The notes: generated from the sequence alone by a model not told the origin. Positions 50,978 to 61,092 are shown, counted from the stretch's first letter. The stretch is DNA of 64,000 bases from Polyangia bacterium (GCA_050304755.1 JBNLED010000113.1:4376-68375), one strand, 5' to 3'. Numbers and translations are program-made.

Positions 50978-51616
50978 CTACCGCGGCACCGCCAGGAAAG
51001 CGTACCCCGAGAGTATCGACCGGATCTCCGCCGCCCGCTGATGCGCCGCGAGCTGACGGGTAATCTCCTCGAGCATGCCCGGCGCGTAGCGGACGTGGAA
51101 CAGGCCGAGCCACCGGACCATGAGCGCCCGTAAGGGGCGAGGCCAGCGCGCCTGATCCCAGAAGTCGACCGCGAACAGGCCCCCCCTCGGGGTGAGATCG
51201 GCGAGGGCCGCGGCGACGGCGCCCCGCCAGTCGGGGATCATCGAGAGGGAGTAGGAGAAGAAGATCTTGTCGAAGCCGGCGCCAAGCCCGAAGCGCGCCT
51301 TGTGGTCCGGAGCCTCGGCCAGGCCCCGGATCACCCGGATGCGATCCTCGAGGCCGGCCCGGGTGATGCTGCGGCGGGCGGTGGCGAGCATCTCGGCGGA
51401 GGCGTCCAGCCCGAAGAGGCGGGCCCCCGGGTGCCGCCCCGCGATGCGGATCAGGTTCCGGGCCGTCCCGCAGCCCACCTCCAGCACCCGATCGCCGTCC
51501 TTGATATCCATGGCGTCGAGGAGTGCGTCCCGCCCGAACAGGAAGAGCCGGCGGGTGGCGTCGTAGAAATGACGCTGATAGCGGTATATCCGATCCATGG
51601 TGTCGGCGTGGCTCAC
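50978..51616 (-). CDS. Class I SAM-dependent methyltransferase
   Basis: Motif I is VLEVGCGTARN. The post-I acidic motif is FGLDASAEM. The length of 212 aa fits a UbiE/COQ5-like fold. Confidence 0.75.
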   Translation of the reverse strand: MSHADTMDRIYRYQRHFYDATRRLFLFGRDALLDAMDIKDGDRVLEVGCGTARNLIRIAGRHPGARLFGLDASAEMLATARRSITRAGLEDRIRVIRGLAEAPDHKARFGLGAGFDKIFFSYSLSMIPDWRGAVAAALADLTPRGGLFAVDFWDQARWPRPLRALMVRWLGLFHVRYAPGMLEEITRQLAAHQRAAEIRSILSGYAFLAVPR

Positions 51617-51625
51617 GGGGGCTCC

Positions 51626-52303
51626 TCAAAGGGTCCTGAGCAGCACGTAGACCGCGCCGGTGCCGCCGTCGTAAGGACGGGCGGAGGTGTAGGCCAACAC
51701 CTTCTTGCCGATGGCGCCGCGGGTCAGCCAGGCCGCCAGCTTGGTCTTCAGGACGGGGATATTGTCCTTGGATCCGAGCCCCCGTCCGTGCACGATGAGC
51801 ACGCACTTCAGGCTCCGCCGCACGCTGTCCCGGATGAATCCCCCCACCTTCTCCCGTGCCTGATCCCGGTTGAGGCCGTGCAGATCGAGGTGGGCCTGGA
51901 AGGAGAACTCCCCCCGGCGGAGGCGCCGGATGAGCCGCCGATCGACGCCCTTCTGGGCCGCCTCGATGTACTCGCTGGTGTCGGCGAAGTCGAACTCCGC
52001 CACCCCGTGGACCAGCTCGTCCAGGTGGCGCATCACCAGCGCCTCCTCGTCGGCCTCGACGAGCATGGGCCGGGGCCTGGACGGTTTCTCCGCCAGCGCG
52101 ATTTTCTTCATGGGCACCACGCCGGCCATGGCCATCGCCAGCGCGTCGTCATCATCCAGAGGGGGCGGCTCGGTTTCGGGCGCGGGCTCGGGCTCGGGCG
52201 TCGGCGCGGGCCCCGACGCCGGCAGATCGACGGCGATCCCCTTGAAGGGGCGGTGGGTGAACTTCTGCTCCCCCTGCTTTCGTTTGTTCTTCTTCCTGGC
52301 CAT
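51626..52303 (-). CDS. Smr domain-containing protein
   Basis: The C-terminal Smr motif is LDLHGLNRDQAREKV...LIVHGRGLGSK..VLKTKLAAWL. Confidence 0.7.
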   Translation of the reverse strand: MARKKNKRKQGEQKFTHRPFKGIAVDLPASGPAPTPEPEPAPETEPPPLDDDDALAMAMAGVVPMKKIALAEKPSRPRPMLVEADEEALVMRHLDELVHGVAEFDFADTSEYIEAAQKGVDRRLIRRLRRGEFSFQAHLDLHGLNRDQAREKVGGFIRDSVRRSLKCVLIVHGRGLGSKDNIPVLKTKLAAWLTRGAIGKKVLAYTSARPYDGGTGAVYVLLRTL

Positions 52304-52484
52304 CGCCGATGTCGTCTCCGCCGGGGTATTCTTTCCAGCTTACCCTATTTCGCGATTTCGTGCAGAGGGGAATCCGGTCGAACGGCTCACAGGTCCGCCA
52401 TGGCCCACACGAGGAAATGCCCCTCGACTATTTGACGCTATCCCCTATAATACCCGTAAATTTTTTGCAGGGGAGGATGGTAAG

Positions 52485-53297
52485 ATGACGATTGTCACGA
52501 TTTCAAGAGGCTCTTTCAGTATGGGAAGAGCCGTCGCCGAGAAGGCGGCGAAGCGCCTCGGGTTCGAGTGCCTCAGCAGGGATGTGTTGCTGGAGGCGAG
52601 TGACAAGTTCAACATCCCCGAGATCAAGCTCGTGAACGCCATCATCGATACCCCGTCGCTCCTCAACCGGTTCACCCACGGACAGGAGAGCTACATCGCG
52701 TACATCCAGAGCGCCCTGACCCGTCACCTCTGCAAGGACAACATCGTCTATCACGGCCTCGCCGGACACGTGTTTCTCAAGGAAGTATCCCACGTGCTCA
52801 AGGTGTGCATCGTCGCGAACCTCGAGACCCGGGTCGCCAACCTGATGGAGAGCGAGGAGGTGACTGAGCGGGAGGCCGCCACGTGGATCTCCAAGGTGGA
52901 CAAGGAACGGCGGAAGTGGACGCAGCAGCTGTACGGGGTCGACCCGTGGGATCCCCTGCTCTACGACCTCGTCATCAAGATTGACCGGTTCGATATAGAT
53001 GATGTCGTAGAGACCATTTACCAATCCGCGCGGCTTCCCCGATTCCGGACAACCAAGGAGTCCCAGCTCGGCTTGGAGGATCTGGCCCTCGCATGCGAAA
53101 TCAAGGCCGAGCTCCTCGGCAAACATCCCGGGATATCGGTCACCAGCACCGGCGGCAACGTGATCCTGTACGTGGACACGGGGGATCACAACGCCCGCCG
53201 GCTCAAGGGCAGCGTGAACAACCTCAGGACAAAGGTAAAGGGCATCAATAATATAGAGATTCACGAGGGCGCGCCGTCCCCGCCCGGGGCCGTGTAA
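52485..53297 (+). CDS. Cytidylate kinase-like family protein
   Basis: A GGGAGG ribosome-binding site lies 6 nt upstream of ATG 52485. A TATAAT hexamer lies at 52446-52451. The product MTIVTISRGSFSMGRAVAEKAAKRLGFECL.. has the architecture of the AAA_28/cytidylate-kinase-like family. Confidence 0.6.
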   Translation: MTIVTISRGSFSMGRAVAEKAAKRLGFECLSRDVLLEASDKFNIPEIKLVNAIIDTPSLLNRFTHGQESYIAYIQSALTRHLCKDNIVYHGLAGHVFLKEVSHVLKVCIVANLETRVANLMESEEVTEREAATWISKVDKERRKWTQQLYGVDPWDPLLYDLVIKIDRFDIDDVVETIYQSARLPRFRTTKESQLGLEDLALACEIKAELLGKHPGISVTSTGGNVILYVDTGDHNARRLKGSVNNLRTKVKGINNIEIHEGAPSPPGAV

Positions 53298-53390
53298 CGC
53301 CGGATGTTCTCCGTTCAGTGTCAGGAGGTTCCCGCGGTTTCGTTTTGCAGCGTCACGCTGTTCCGGCACCGGCAGATTTCGAGGTAAGCG

Positions 53391-56300
53391 ATGTCGATTC
53401 TAAAGCGCGTCTTTCCCTTCCTCACCTGGTTCGAGAAGTACACCCTTGCCACGCTCCGCGCCGACTTCATTTCCGGCCTGACCGTCGCCCTGGTGCTGGT
53501 TCCCCAGTCCATGGCGTATGCCCAGCTGGCCGGCCTTCCGGCGTACTACGGCCTGTACGCCGCCTTCCTCCCGCCGGTGATCGCGAGCCTCTTCGGATCC
53601 AGCCGGCAGCTGGCCACCGGACCGGTGGCCGTGGTCTCCCTGATGACCTCGGCCTCCCTCGAGCCCCTCGCCACCGCCGGGAGCGAGCAGTTCATCGCCT
53701 ACGCCCTGCTGCTGGCCCTGATGGTGGGCGTGTTCCAGTTCTCCCTGGGCATCCTGAAGCTCGGCGTGGTGGTCAACTTCCTGTCCCACCCGGTGGTCAA
53801 CGGGTTTACCAACGCGGCAGCGCTCATCATCGCCACCTCGCAGCTCTCGAAGATCTTCGGCGTGTACGTGGACAAGGCCCCGCACCACTACGAGACCATC
53901 TACCGCATCTTCCTGGCGGCGGTCCACTACCTCCACTGGCCCACTTTGGCCATGGCCACCCTCTCCTTCCTCACCATGATCGCGCTCCGCCGCGTCAACA
54001 AGCGCATCCCCCAGGTGCTCATCGCGGTGGTCATCACCACGGTCATCGCCTGGGTCGCGGGCTTCGAGCAAAACGCGGTCGTCGGCGCGGGTCGAATTGA
54101 ATCCCCCGAGGTGAGGACGCTCATCGATCGCTTCAACGAGGCCGTCCACGCCCGCGAGGTGTTCGAGATCCAACGGGGCGAGGACAAGAAGACCTGGACC
54201 GCTCTCACGACGGATCGGCGGGAGCTGTGCGCGCGGTGTCACGACGCCCCGGACATGGCGCATCTCAACGGCGGGATACACTCGACCGCCGCCGCCCACG
54301 AGAAGGAGCTCCTCGTGCTGCACGATCTGGCCGGTCTGTTCGACGATCACATCGCGCACGTCAAGCAAACCATCTCCGCCCGCCGCGGCGAGCTCCGCGC
54401 CCTGCTGCTGGAGCGCGCGACCGCCGAGGACGGCCCGCGATTCTATCTCCCGGGGGAAGCGCCCGAGGATCTCCCGGTGGACGGCGCCTGGCGGATCGCC
54501 GTAGGGGACAAGCCCCTGAACCCCGAGGCGCTGAAGCTCGCCGGCGGCGGCGCCGTGGTGGGGAGCATCCCCGAGGGGTTGCCCGGATTCAAGAAGCCCG
54601 TCCTCGACTGGAATATCATCGGCGAGCTGGCGGCGGCGGCGATCATCATCTCGCTGCTCGGCTTCATGGAGGCCATCTCCATCGCCAAGGCCATGGCCGC
54701 CCGGACCCGGCAGAAGCTCGATCCCAACCAGGAGCTCATCGGGCAGGGGCTGGCCAACATCCTCGGCTGCTTCGGCCAGAGCTACGCGGTGTCGGGATCC
54801 TTCTCCCGATCGGCGGTCAACTTCCAGTCCGGGGGGCGGACCGGTGTGTCCAACGTCTTCTCGAGCCTCTTCGTGATGGTGGTGCTCCTCTTCCTGTCGA
54901 AGGGCCTCTACCACCTCCCCCAGGCGGTGCTCGCCTCGGTCATCATGATGGCGGTCTTCGGGCTCATCAACGTCGGCGGCTTCGTCCATGCCTGGCGGAC
55001 CAGCCGGTTCGACGGCGCGGTGACCCTCATCACCTTCGTCGGCACCTTCGTCTTCGCCCCCCACCTCGAGTGGGGCATCTGCATCGGCGTGGTGCTCTCC
55101 CTCGGCGGGTACCTCTACCGCACCATGCGGCCCAAGGTCATCACCCTCGCCCCCCACCGGGACGGGGCGATGATGGACATCAAACGGCACGGGCTCAAGA
55201 GCTGCCGCCACATCGCCGTGGTGGGCTTCGACGGCCCGCTCAACTTCGCCAGCACCAACTACCTGGAGAGCGCCATCCTCTCCCGCGTCCTGAAGTTCCC
55301 GGAGCTGAAGCACCTGCTCATCTCGGGCAACGGCGTCAGCGAAATCGACGCCTCCGGGGAGGAGACCCTCCGGAACCTGGTGGACAACCTCACCGACACG
55401 GGCTGCGCGGTCTCCTTCTCCGGTTTCTCCGACAAGATCATCGACGTCCTCAAGCGATCCCACTTCTATGATCGGGTCGGGGAGGGGAGCTTCTTCCGGA
55501 ACCGCGCCCAGGCCATCGCGGCGATCTACCCGGCGGCCCACGCCGACAGCCAGGAGGAGGAGTGCCCCTACCGGCTGATCATGCCGCCCCTGGTGGAGCT
55601 GTCGCTGCACGAGGACGGATCGCTGCGGAACGCGGAGCATCACCTCCTGCGCACCTGCCGCCACATCACGGTGCTCCGCTTCGACGGGCCGTTGACCTTC
55701 GCCAACGCCGCCTACATGGAGCAGGAGATCCTCGCCAGCCTGACGGACCGGCCGTCCATCAGCCACGTGCTGCTCGTGGCCCACAGCATCAACCGCATCG
55801 ACGACTCCGGCGCCGAGAAGCTGGGGGAGCTCGTCACCCGCCTTCGGAAGGACGGCTACGCGGTCGCCTTCAGCGGGCTCAAGGAGGAGGTCGTCCACGT
55901 CCTCGAGCGCACCCGTGTGGCCGAGGTCATCGGCTTGGAGAACCTGTTCCCGACGCAGGTGGTGGCGGTCGCGGGGATCTACGCCCGCGCCCATATGGGC
56001 TCCTCCGAGACGGACTGCCCCCTCGTGGACCTCTCTCACCGGCTCACCGAGCTGTCGCTCACCGAGAGCGGGAGCCTCAGAAGCGCCGAACGGCTCGGGC
56101 TCGGGCTGTGCCGCCATATCGCCGTGCTCCGGTTCGACGGGCCGCTGCCCCTCTCCCACTTCAGGGCGAGCCAGTCCGAGTTCATCCGATGGGCCAAGAC
56201 GAGGCCGGAGGTGGAGAACATCGTCTTCGCGGGGCAGGCCCTCGACAAGATGGATCGCGTCGAGGCCGAGAACCTGGCGGCCCTCGTGGCCGCGGTCCGG

Positions 56301-56960
56301 GAGGCCGGCTACCGCGTCTCCCTGACCGGCTTCTCCGAGCGGGCCCTCGAGGCGCTCACCCGGAGCCGGGTCATCGAGTCCATCGGCATCGACTCCTTCT
56401 ACCACTCCGAGGCCCTGGCCATCGCAAAGATGTTCACTGACGCCCACACCAGCGACGAGAACGAGTCGTGCCCGCTGAGGGGGCTGCTCCCCAAGCTGGT
56501 GGAGGTATCGAAGCACGACGACGGGTCGTTCAGGTGCGCGAGCCGCAATCACCTGGCGCTATGCCGCCGCATCGCGGTGATTCGGTTCGAGGGGATCCTT
56601 AACTTCTCGACCTTCAGGTACTTCGAGAAGGCGCTCCGCGAGATCATCAACGCGCGATCGTCCGTCAATCATCTGGTGATCGCCCTGCACTCGATGAGCG
56701 GACTGGATGTCAGCGCGGCCGAGGAGCTGCTGCTCCTCCTCGAACGTTTGAGGAGAGAGGGCTACCGGGTCGGCATCAGCGGCCTGAAGGACGACGACCT
56801 GGAGACCCTGCTGCGGGCCAACCAGGGCGACCCCATCGGCGGTGAGGTGATCTTTCCGAGCCAGGCCATCGCCATCGAGCGCCTCCACGCCGAGGCGCAC
56901 CGGAACTCGGACGAGGCCCCCTGCCCTCTCCTCGAGGTCGTTCCGGCGCCGGCGGAGTAG
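53391..56960 (+). CDS. SulP/SLC26-family anion transporter (1189 aa) with an approximately 180-aa insertion in the membrane core and four tandem C-terminal STAS domains
   Basis: The SulP N-terminus is FISGLTVALVLVPQSMAYAQLAGLPAYYGLYAAF. Multiple transmembrane segments are present. Four repeats of the type CRHIAV(V/L)(G/R)FDGPLNFA...G(Y/C)AV(A/S)(F/L)SG(F/L)... each end in AHxxS(D/Q)EExCPL. Confidence 0.85.
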   Translation: MSILKRVFPFLTWFEKYTLATLRADFISGLTVALVLVPQSMAYAQLAGLPAYYGLYAAFLPPVIASLFGSSRQLATGPVAVVSLMTSASLEPLATAGSEQFIAYALLLALMVGVFQFSLGILKLGVVVNFLSHPVVNGFTNAAALIIATSQLSKIFGVYVDKAPHHYETIYRIFLAAVHYLHWPTLAMATLSFLTMIALRRVNKRIPQVLIAVVITTVIAWVAGFEQNAVVGAGRIESPEVRTLIDRFNEAVHAREVFEIQRGEDKKTWTALTTDRRELCARCHDAPDMAHLNGGIHSTAAAHEKELLVLHDLAGLFDDHIAHVKQTISARRGELRALLLERATAEDGPRFYLPGEAPEDLPVDGAWRIAVGDKPLNPEALKLAGGGAVVGSIPEGLPGFKKPVLDWNIIGELAAAAIIISLLGFMEAISIAKAMAARTRQKLDPNQELIGQGLANILGCFGQSYAVSGSFSRSAVNFQSGGRTGVSNVFSSLFVMVVLLFLSKGLYHLPQAVLASVIMMAVFGLINVGGFVHAWRTSRFDGAVTLITFVGTFVFAPHLEWGICIGVVLSLGGYLYRTMRPKVITLAPHRDGAMMDIKRHGLKSCRHIAVVGFDGPLNFASTNYLESAILSRVLKFPELKHLLISGNGVSEIDASGEETLRNLVDNLTDTGCAVSFSGFSDKIIDVLKRSHFYDRVGEGSFFRNRAQAIAAIYPAAHADSQEEECPYRLIMPPLVELSLHEDGSLRNAEHHLLRTCRHITVLRFDGPLTFANAAYMEQEILASLTDRPSISHVLLVAHSINRIDDSGAEKLGELVTRLRKDGYAVAFSGLKEEVVHVLERTRVAEVIGLENLFPTQVVAVAGIYARAHMGSSETDCPLVDLSHRLTELSLTESGSLRSAERLGLGLCRHIAVLRFDGPLPLSHFRASQSEFIRWAKTRPEVENIVFAGQALDKMDRVEAENLAALVAAVREAGYRVSLTGFSERALEALTRSRVIESIGIDSFYHSEALAIAKMFTDAHTSDENESCPLRGLLPKLVEVSKHDDGSFRCASRNHLALCRRIAVIRFEGILNFSTFRYFEKALREIINARSSVNHLVIALHSMSGLDVSAAEELLLLLERLRREGYRVGISGLKDDDLETLLRANQGDPIGGEVIFPSQAIAIERLHAEAHRNSDEAPCPLLEVVPAPAE

Positions 56961-56974
56961 GTTACCAGGTTAGG

Positions 56975-58891
56975 TTACCACCCCAGCTCGGCCTCGAGAC
57001 GCTCGGCGAGGGTGTCGGCCATGGCCCGATGGGCGGCGAGATCCGGGTGGCCGTCACATCCCGACCAGTTGATGGCCCCGAGCTCGATCTTCTCCACGTT
57101 GGCGTCCCCCAGGTCGGCGATGATCTCATCAATCTCGTCGCTGAAGGCATCGCCCGCCGTGTTGACGGCGCAGAGGATGTAGGCGTCGGGATAGTAGCCC
57201 CGAAGGCGGGTCACGAATGCCACGTACGCCTCGATATAAGTGTCGCGGTCGACACCGCCGGCGAAATCATTGGTGCCGAGATTGATGACGATGGCGTCGG
57301 GGATGTAGTCGGCGTAGTCCCAGCTGGTCTGGCTGTCCTCGGGGAGGGCGTAGCCGTAGAGGTCCGGCAACAGGTTCTCGGTGCCGCCGTCCGTGTTCGC
57401 CGCCATCCCGTTCCCTGACCACGCCTCCACATGGGCGACGGCCCCCAGCTGCCGCGCCGCCAACGGGCCGTAGGCCGCCGACCCGATCTCGGTGGCCGCG
57501 GAGAACGGGCAGCCGTCATTACCGTAGCCCGCCGATATGGAGTCGCCGATGATCTCGATTCTCCGGCTGAAGGGCGGGGGGGACTCGATGAGGCGTCCGT
57601 TCTCGGCCGCGAACCCGTGGAACCTGACGACGCCGAACATCGCCTCCGGATTTCGATAGAGCTGGACATCGTGCTCCCCCGCCGACAGGTCCTCGGCGAC
57701 GCGGTAGGTCTGCGGGGTCGGATCGCTGCTCCACTCCCACCCCTCGGTGGTGATCTCGGTATACGGCTCGCCGTCGAGCACGACCTGAAACGTGATGGCG
57801 CCAGCGCCGGAGAGCTGAACGTCCAGCGCGTCCCCCTCGAAGCGCACGCCGAACCCGCAGTTCGACCACGCGCACCCCGGGGCGTCCGGATCGCGCCGGT
57901 CGAAACGACCGAAGTAGTGAACCTCCGCGGTCGGGCCGAGGTCGGACGTGTCGGTATCGATTTCCGTGTCGGGGATCTCCGTATCGGGGATCTCCGTATC
58001 GGGATTCTCCGTGTCAGTGATGTCTGTGTCGGGAATGTCCTCCGTGTCGGGGACATCCTCCGTGTCGGGAACGTCCTCCGTGTCCCCCACAGCACCCTCG
58101 GTCAGGAAGATATCATCCAAATCGACGACGACCCGCCCCTCACCGCTGTACAGAATGATTCCGGCGACCTGGGACAGGTCCACATCTTGCGAGACCGATG
58201 AGATATCAATATCAAAGGCCTGGTAGTCACCCTCGAGCTCGAGGGTCACCGACGATCCGAAGTTATATTCCGCCCCGCTCACGAAGACGAGCGCCAGCGA
58301 CACATCGGCCGCCGGCTCGCCCTTGGCCCGCATCGACAAACGGGTCGCCGCGGTCCAGTCCCTCGTCTCGTGCGAATAGAAGTAATACACCACCGCGCCC
58401 CAACCGTCCGAGGTGACCACGTCTGCCCGGAGGTGGTTGGGGGCGGAATACGGATCCTCGTCGCTCTCGGAGATACTCGAGCTGCCGTCCCATGCCTCGC
58501 CCGAGGCGTAGGGGACCGTCTCGCCGTCGTAGAGTATCGTCCCGGTGGGGGGCGCCGCCGTATCCCGCCCGGAGTCACCGACTTCATCCGAGTCGACCGA
58601 ATCGGTCTCCTCGGGATTGTCGGTCTCCTCGGGGATATCGGTCTCCTCGGGATTGTCGGTCTCCCCGTCAGGGGTGTCGGTCTCCGCGTCAGGGGTGTCG
58701 GTTTCCGCGTCGGGGACGTCAGTAGCGCCCGGGTCGTCGCTCTCCTCATCGGTCTCCTCATCGACCGAATCACCTCCCGGGTTCCCAACGGATTCACTCT
58801 CCGAGGCGCTGTCCGTGTCGGTGTCAACGTCTCCCTGGTCGTCATTGCATCCGAGCATCAGCAGAAGCACGATTGTCCAAAGACATTTCAT
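56975..58891 (-). CDS. SGNH/GDSL-type hydrolase lipoprotein (carbohydrate esterase-like) with two acidic (ETDxP/EDVPDT)n repeat tracts and an N-terminal beta-sandwich
   Basis: The start ATG 58891 gives MKCLWTIVLLLMLGCND, which carries a lipobox. The GDS block is IEIIGDSISAGYGN. The catalytic DxxH is CDGHPD. An INLGTNDF block is also present. Confidence 0.75.
   Translation of the reverse strand: MKCLWTIVLLLMLGCNDDQGDVDTDTDSASESESVGNPGGDSVDEETDEESDDPGATDVPDAETDTPDAETDTPDGETDNPEETDIPEETDNPEETDSVDSDEVGDSGRDTAAPPTGTILYDGETVPYASGEAWDGSSSISESDEDPYSAPNHLRADVVTSDGWGAVVYYFYSHETRDWTAATRLSMRAKGEPAADVSLALVFVSGAEYNFGSSVTLELEGDYQAFDIDISSVSQDVDLSQVAGIILYSGEGRVVVDLDDIFLTEGAVGDTEDVPDTEDVPDTEDIPDTDITDTENPDTEIPDTEIPDTEIDTDTSDLGPTAEVHYFGRFDRRDPDAPGCAWSNCGFGVRFEGDALDVQLSGAGAITFQVVLDGEPYTEITTEGWEWSSDPTPQTYRVAEDLSAGEHDVQLYRNPEAMFGVVRFHGFAAENGRLIESPPPFSRRIEIIGDSISAGYGNDGCPFSAATEIGSAAYGPLAARQLGAVAHVEAWSGNGMAANTDGGTENLLPDLYGYALPEDSQTSWDYADYIPDAIVINLGTNDFAGGVDRDTYIEAYVAFVTRLRGYYPDAYILCAVNTAGDAFSDEIDEIIADLGDANVEKIELGAINWSGCDGHPDLAAHRAMADTLAERLEAELGW
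57945..58085 (-). repeat. Coding tandem 15-18-nt repeat (ggggatctccgtatc...) encoding (PDTEI/EDVPDT)n
   Basis: The repeat is a direct sequence observation. Confidence 0.6.
58590..58730 (-). repeat. Coding tandem approximately 21-nt repeat (gtcggtctcctcgggattgtc...) encoding (ETDxPEETDxP)n
   Basis: The repeat is a direct sequence observation. Confidence 0.6.
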
Positions 58892-59163
58892 AGCGGATCC
58901 TTTCTTTCCAAATGAACGGGTCAGGAATTCGGCCATTAGGGAACAGCGGACAACAAGACTCCAGAAACCTGTCTTTCCGTTCATAAATTGAATATCATCT
59001 ATTGATTACACTTGAAACAGAAAAATCTTACAACACCACCCGTGCCCCCTGGGCTTACACCCTAGGATGCCCTGGGATGCACCCAGCCACGGGTGAGTCC
59101 ACGCAGTCCAATGATGTCCAATGGCTAGTGCCCCCTCTGAAGCCTGTACAGGTCGAAGAGAGT

Positions 59164-59502
59164 CTATTGGAAGCCCATGTCCCCACCGCACTCGCTGTTG
59201 CACTCACCGCTCTCGTACTCTTCACAGGAAACATCGAGAATGCAATCGGCACACTCTTCCGGATCCGACAGCATCCTCAGGCCCGTCCTACAGAGGCTCT
59301 CGCATTCGGGAGTATCGCCCTGGTTCTGACAGTCACACGAACGCTCGCAGGCCTCCTCGATCGAGGCCGATCCGTTGCCGTTTTCGTTCCCCCCGCCAAA
59401 GTCGTCGTCGCCGTAGTCCCCGTCTCCCCTGCATCCCGAAGCCAGAAAACAAAAACAGAGCCCCCCCACCGCAACGGCCGACCAGCTGTGAAAACACTTC
59501 AT
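59164..59502 (-). CDS. Small Cys-rich lipoprotein (113 aa)
   Basis: An AAGGAGG ribosome-binding site lies 6 nt upstream of ATG 59502. The N-terminus MKCFHSWSAVAVGGLCFCFLASGC carries a lipobox. The mature part has about 12 Cys residues in an acidic context (CERSCDCQNQGDTPECESLC). Confidence 0.55.
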   Translation of the reverse strand: MKCFHSWSAVAVGGLCFCFLASGCRGDGDYGDDDFGGGNENGNGSASIEEACERSCDCQNQGDTPECESLCRTGLRMLSDPEECADCILDVSCEEYESGECNSECGGDMGFQ

Positions 59503-59615
59503 CTCATGCCTCCTTGGAAGTATCAAATCAACCCATCCGATTATCGCCTGCTTTCCGACGCCGATCAAGCACGTCCGAACCGGTATGGATCAACCTCGAA
59601 TCGGGCGAAGATGGC

Positions 59616-60956
59616 TCACATCTCGATGCCGTGTTTCTTCATCTTCCGCCACAGGGTGGTTCGGCTGATACCGAGTGAGCGCGCTGTCTCCCCCACATGT
59701 CCACCCGCGTCCACCAGGGCCTTCCGGATGACTTCGGCCTCGGCCGAGGCGAGCCCGGTGGGGGGCTTCACGGCGCCGCCTTCCCTGTCGACGCGGTCGT
59801 TCACCCGGATATCCTCGGGCAGGTGGTCCATCTCGATCGTGTCCCCGTGGCTCAAGACGAAGCCGTACTCGATGATGTTCTCCAGCTCCCGGACGTTGCC
59901 GGGGAAGGCGTATCGCATGAGGAACGCCATGACCTCCGAGGAGACCCCCAGGATATTCTTCCCGCGCTTGATGTTGAACCGCTGGACGAAGTGATCCACC
60001 AGCAGCGGGATGTCCCCGCGGCGCTCCGAGAGGGGGGGGATGTTCATGCGCACCACCGCGAGCCTGAAGTAGAGATCATCCCGGAACTCCCCCTGGGCCA
60101 CCAGGTCGGAGAGCTTTCGGTTGGTGGCCGCCACCACCCGGACGTCCGCCCGCACCGATCGGACGCCGCCGAGGGGCTCGTACTCCCGCTCCTGGAGCAC
60201 CCGGAGCAGCTTCACCTGAGTGGCGAGGGGCAGCTCGCTCACCTCATCGAAGAAGATGGTGCCCCCTTCGGCGCGGGCGATACGGCCGGGTTTGTCCTGC
60301 TTGGCGTCCGTGAACGCCCCCCGCGTGTACCCGAAGAGCTCGGACTCGAAGAGGTTGGTGGGGAGGGTGCCGGAGTTCACCACGATATAGGGGGCCTTGC
60401 GCCGGGTGCTCAGGTTGTGCACCGCCCGGGCGATGAGCTCCTTCCCCGATCCGCTGGGCCCCTCGATGAGCACCGTGGCGTCGCTCTCCGCAATGTCGGG
60501 CAGGATGCGGAACATCTTCTGGAACGCCTCGCTCTTGCCCACGATATCCTCGAAGGTGTACTGGTGGGTGATCTCCCTTCTCAGCTGTTCGATGGCGGAC
60601 TTGTCCCGGAAGGTCTCCACCGCTCCAACCATATTACCGTCGCTGTCGTACATCGCGGCGGTGCTCACGCTGATCGGCACGGAGCGCCCGCGACTGTTCA
60701 GGATTCGCGCGGGCAGGTCGATCTGCTCCAGGCCCGTCTCGAGGGTCTGCCGGATGGCGCAGCCGGCCTCGCAGATGTTGGCGTGGAATACATCCGCGCA
60801 GCGCTTTCCCATGGCGCGGTCCTTGGGCACCCCGGTGATCCGCTCGGCGGCCCGGTTGAAGGAGGTGATCCGCCAATTCCGATCGACCGTAAACACACCG
60901 TCCGCCACGGAGTTCAGGATGGTTTCGAAGAATTGTCGCTCTTTTTCCGTGCTCAT
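59616..60956 (-). CDS. Sigma-54-dependent Fis-family transcriptional regulator with an N-terminal PAS domain
   Basis: The PAS segment is ILNSVADGVFTVDRNWRITSFNRAAERITG. The AAA+ sigma-54 module is VLIEGPSGSGKELIARAVH, GAFTDA and GGTIFFDEV. The C-terminal HTH is ETARSLGISRTTLWRKMKK. Confidence 0.88.
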   Translation of the reverse strand: MSTEKERQFFETILNSVADGVFTVDRNWRITSFNRAAERITGVPKDRAMGKRCADVFHANICEAGCAIRQTLETGLEQIDLPARILNSRGRSVPISVSTAAMYDSDGNMVGAVETFRDKSAIEQLRREITHQYTFEDIVGKSEAFQKMFRILPDIAESDATVLIEGPSGSGKELIARAVHNLSTRRKAPYIVVNSGTLPTNLFESELFGYTRGAFTDAKQDKPGRIARAEGGTIFFDEVSELPLATQVKLLRVLQEREYEPLGGVRSVRADVRVVAATNRKLSDLVAQGEFRDDLYFRLAVVRMNIPPLSERRGDIPLLVDHFVQRFNIKRGKNILGVSSEVMAFLMRYAFPGNVRELENIIEYGFVLSHGDTIEMDHLPEDIRVNDRVDREGGAVKPPTGLASAEAEVIRKALVDAGGHVGETARSLGISRTTLWRKMKKHGIEM

Positions 60957-61092
60957 CTATGGGGCCCCCGGAATATAAATCAGCAGAAGTCGAGGAGATC
61001 GCGCTTTCATGATAATGGGATAACATTGATGAGTATAAACGCAACACCCATGCCATGGTAACACACGCAAAGAGCGCCCGCCCGGGGAAGAC

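Noticed and set aside
53400-56552. A 1050-aa minus-strand ORF spanning the SulP gene
   Set aside because: The plus strand encodes an unmistakable SulP/STAS protein. The minus-strand product is Gly/Arg/Asp low-complexity, so it is an antisense artefact.
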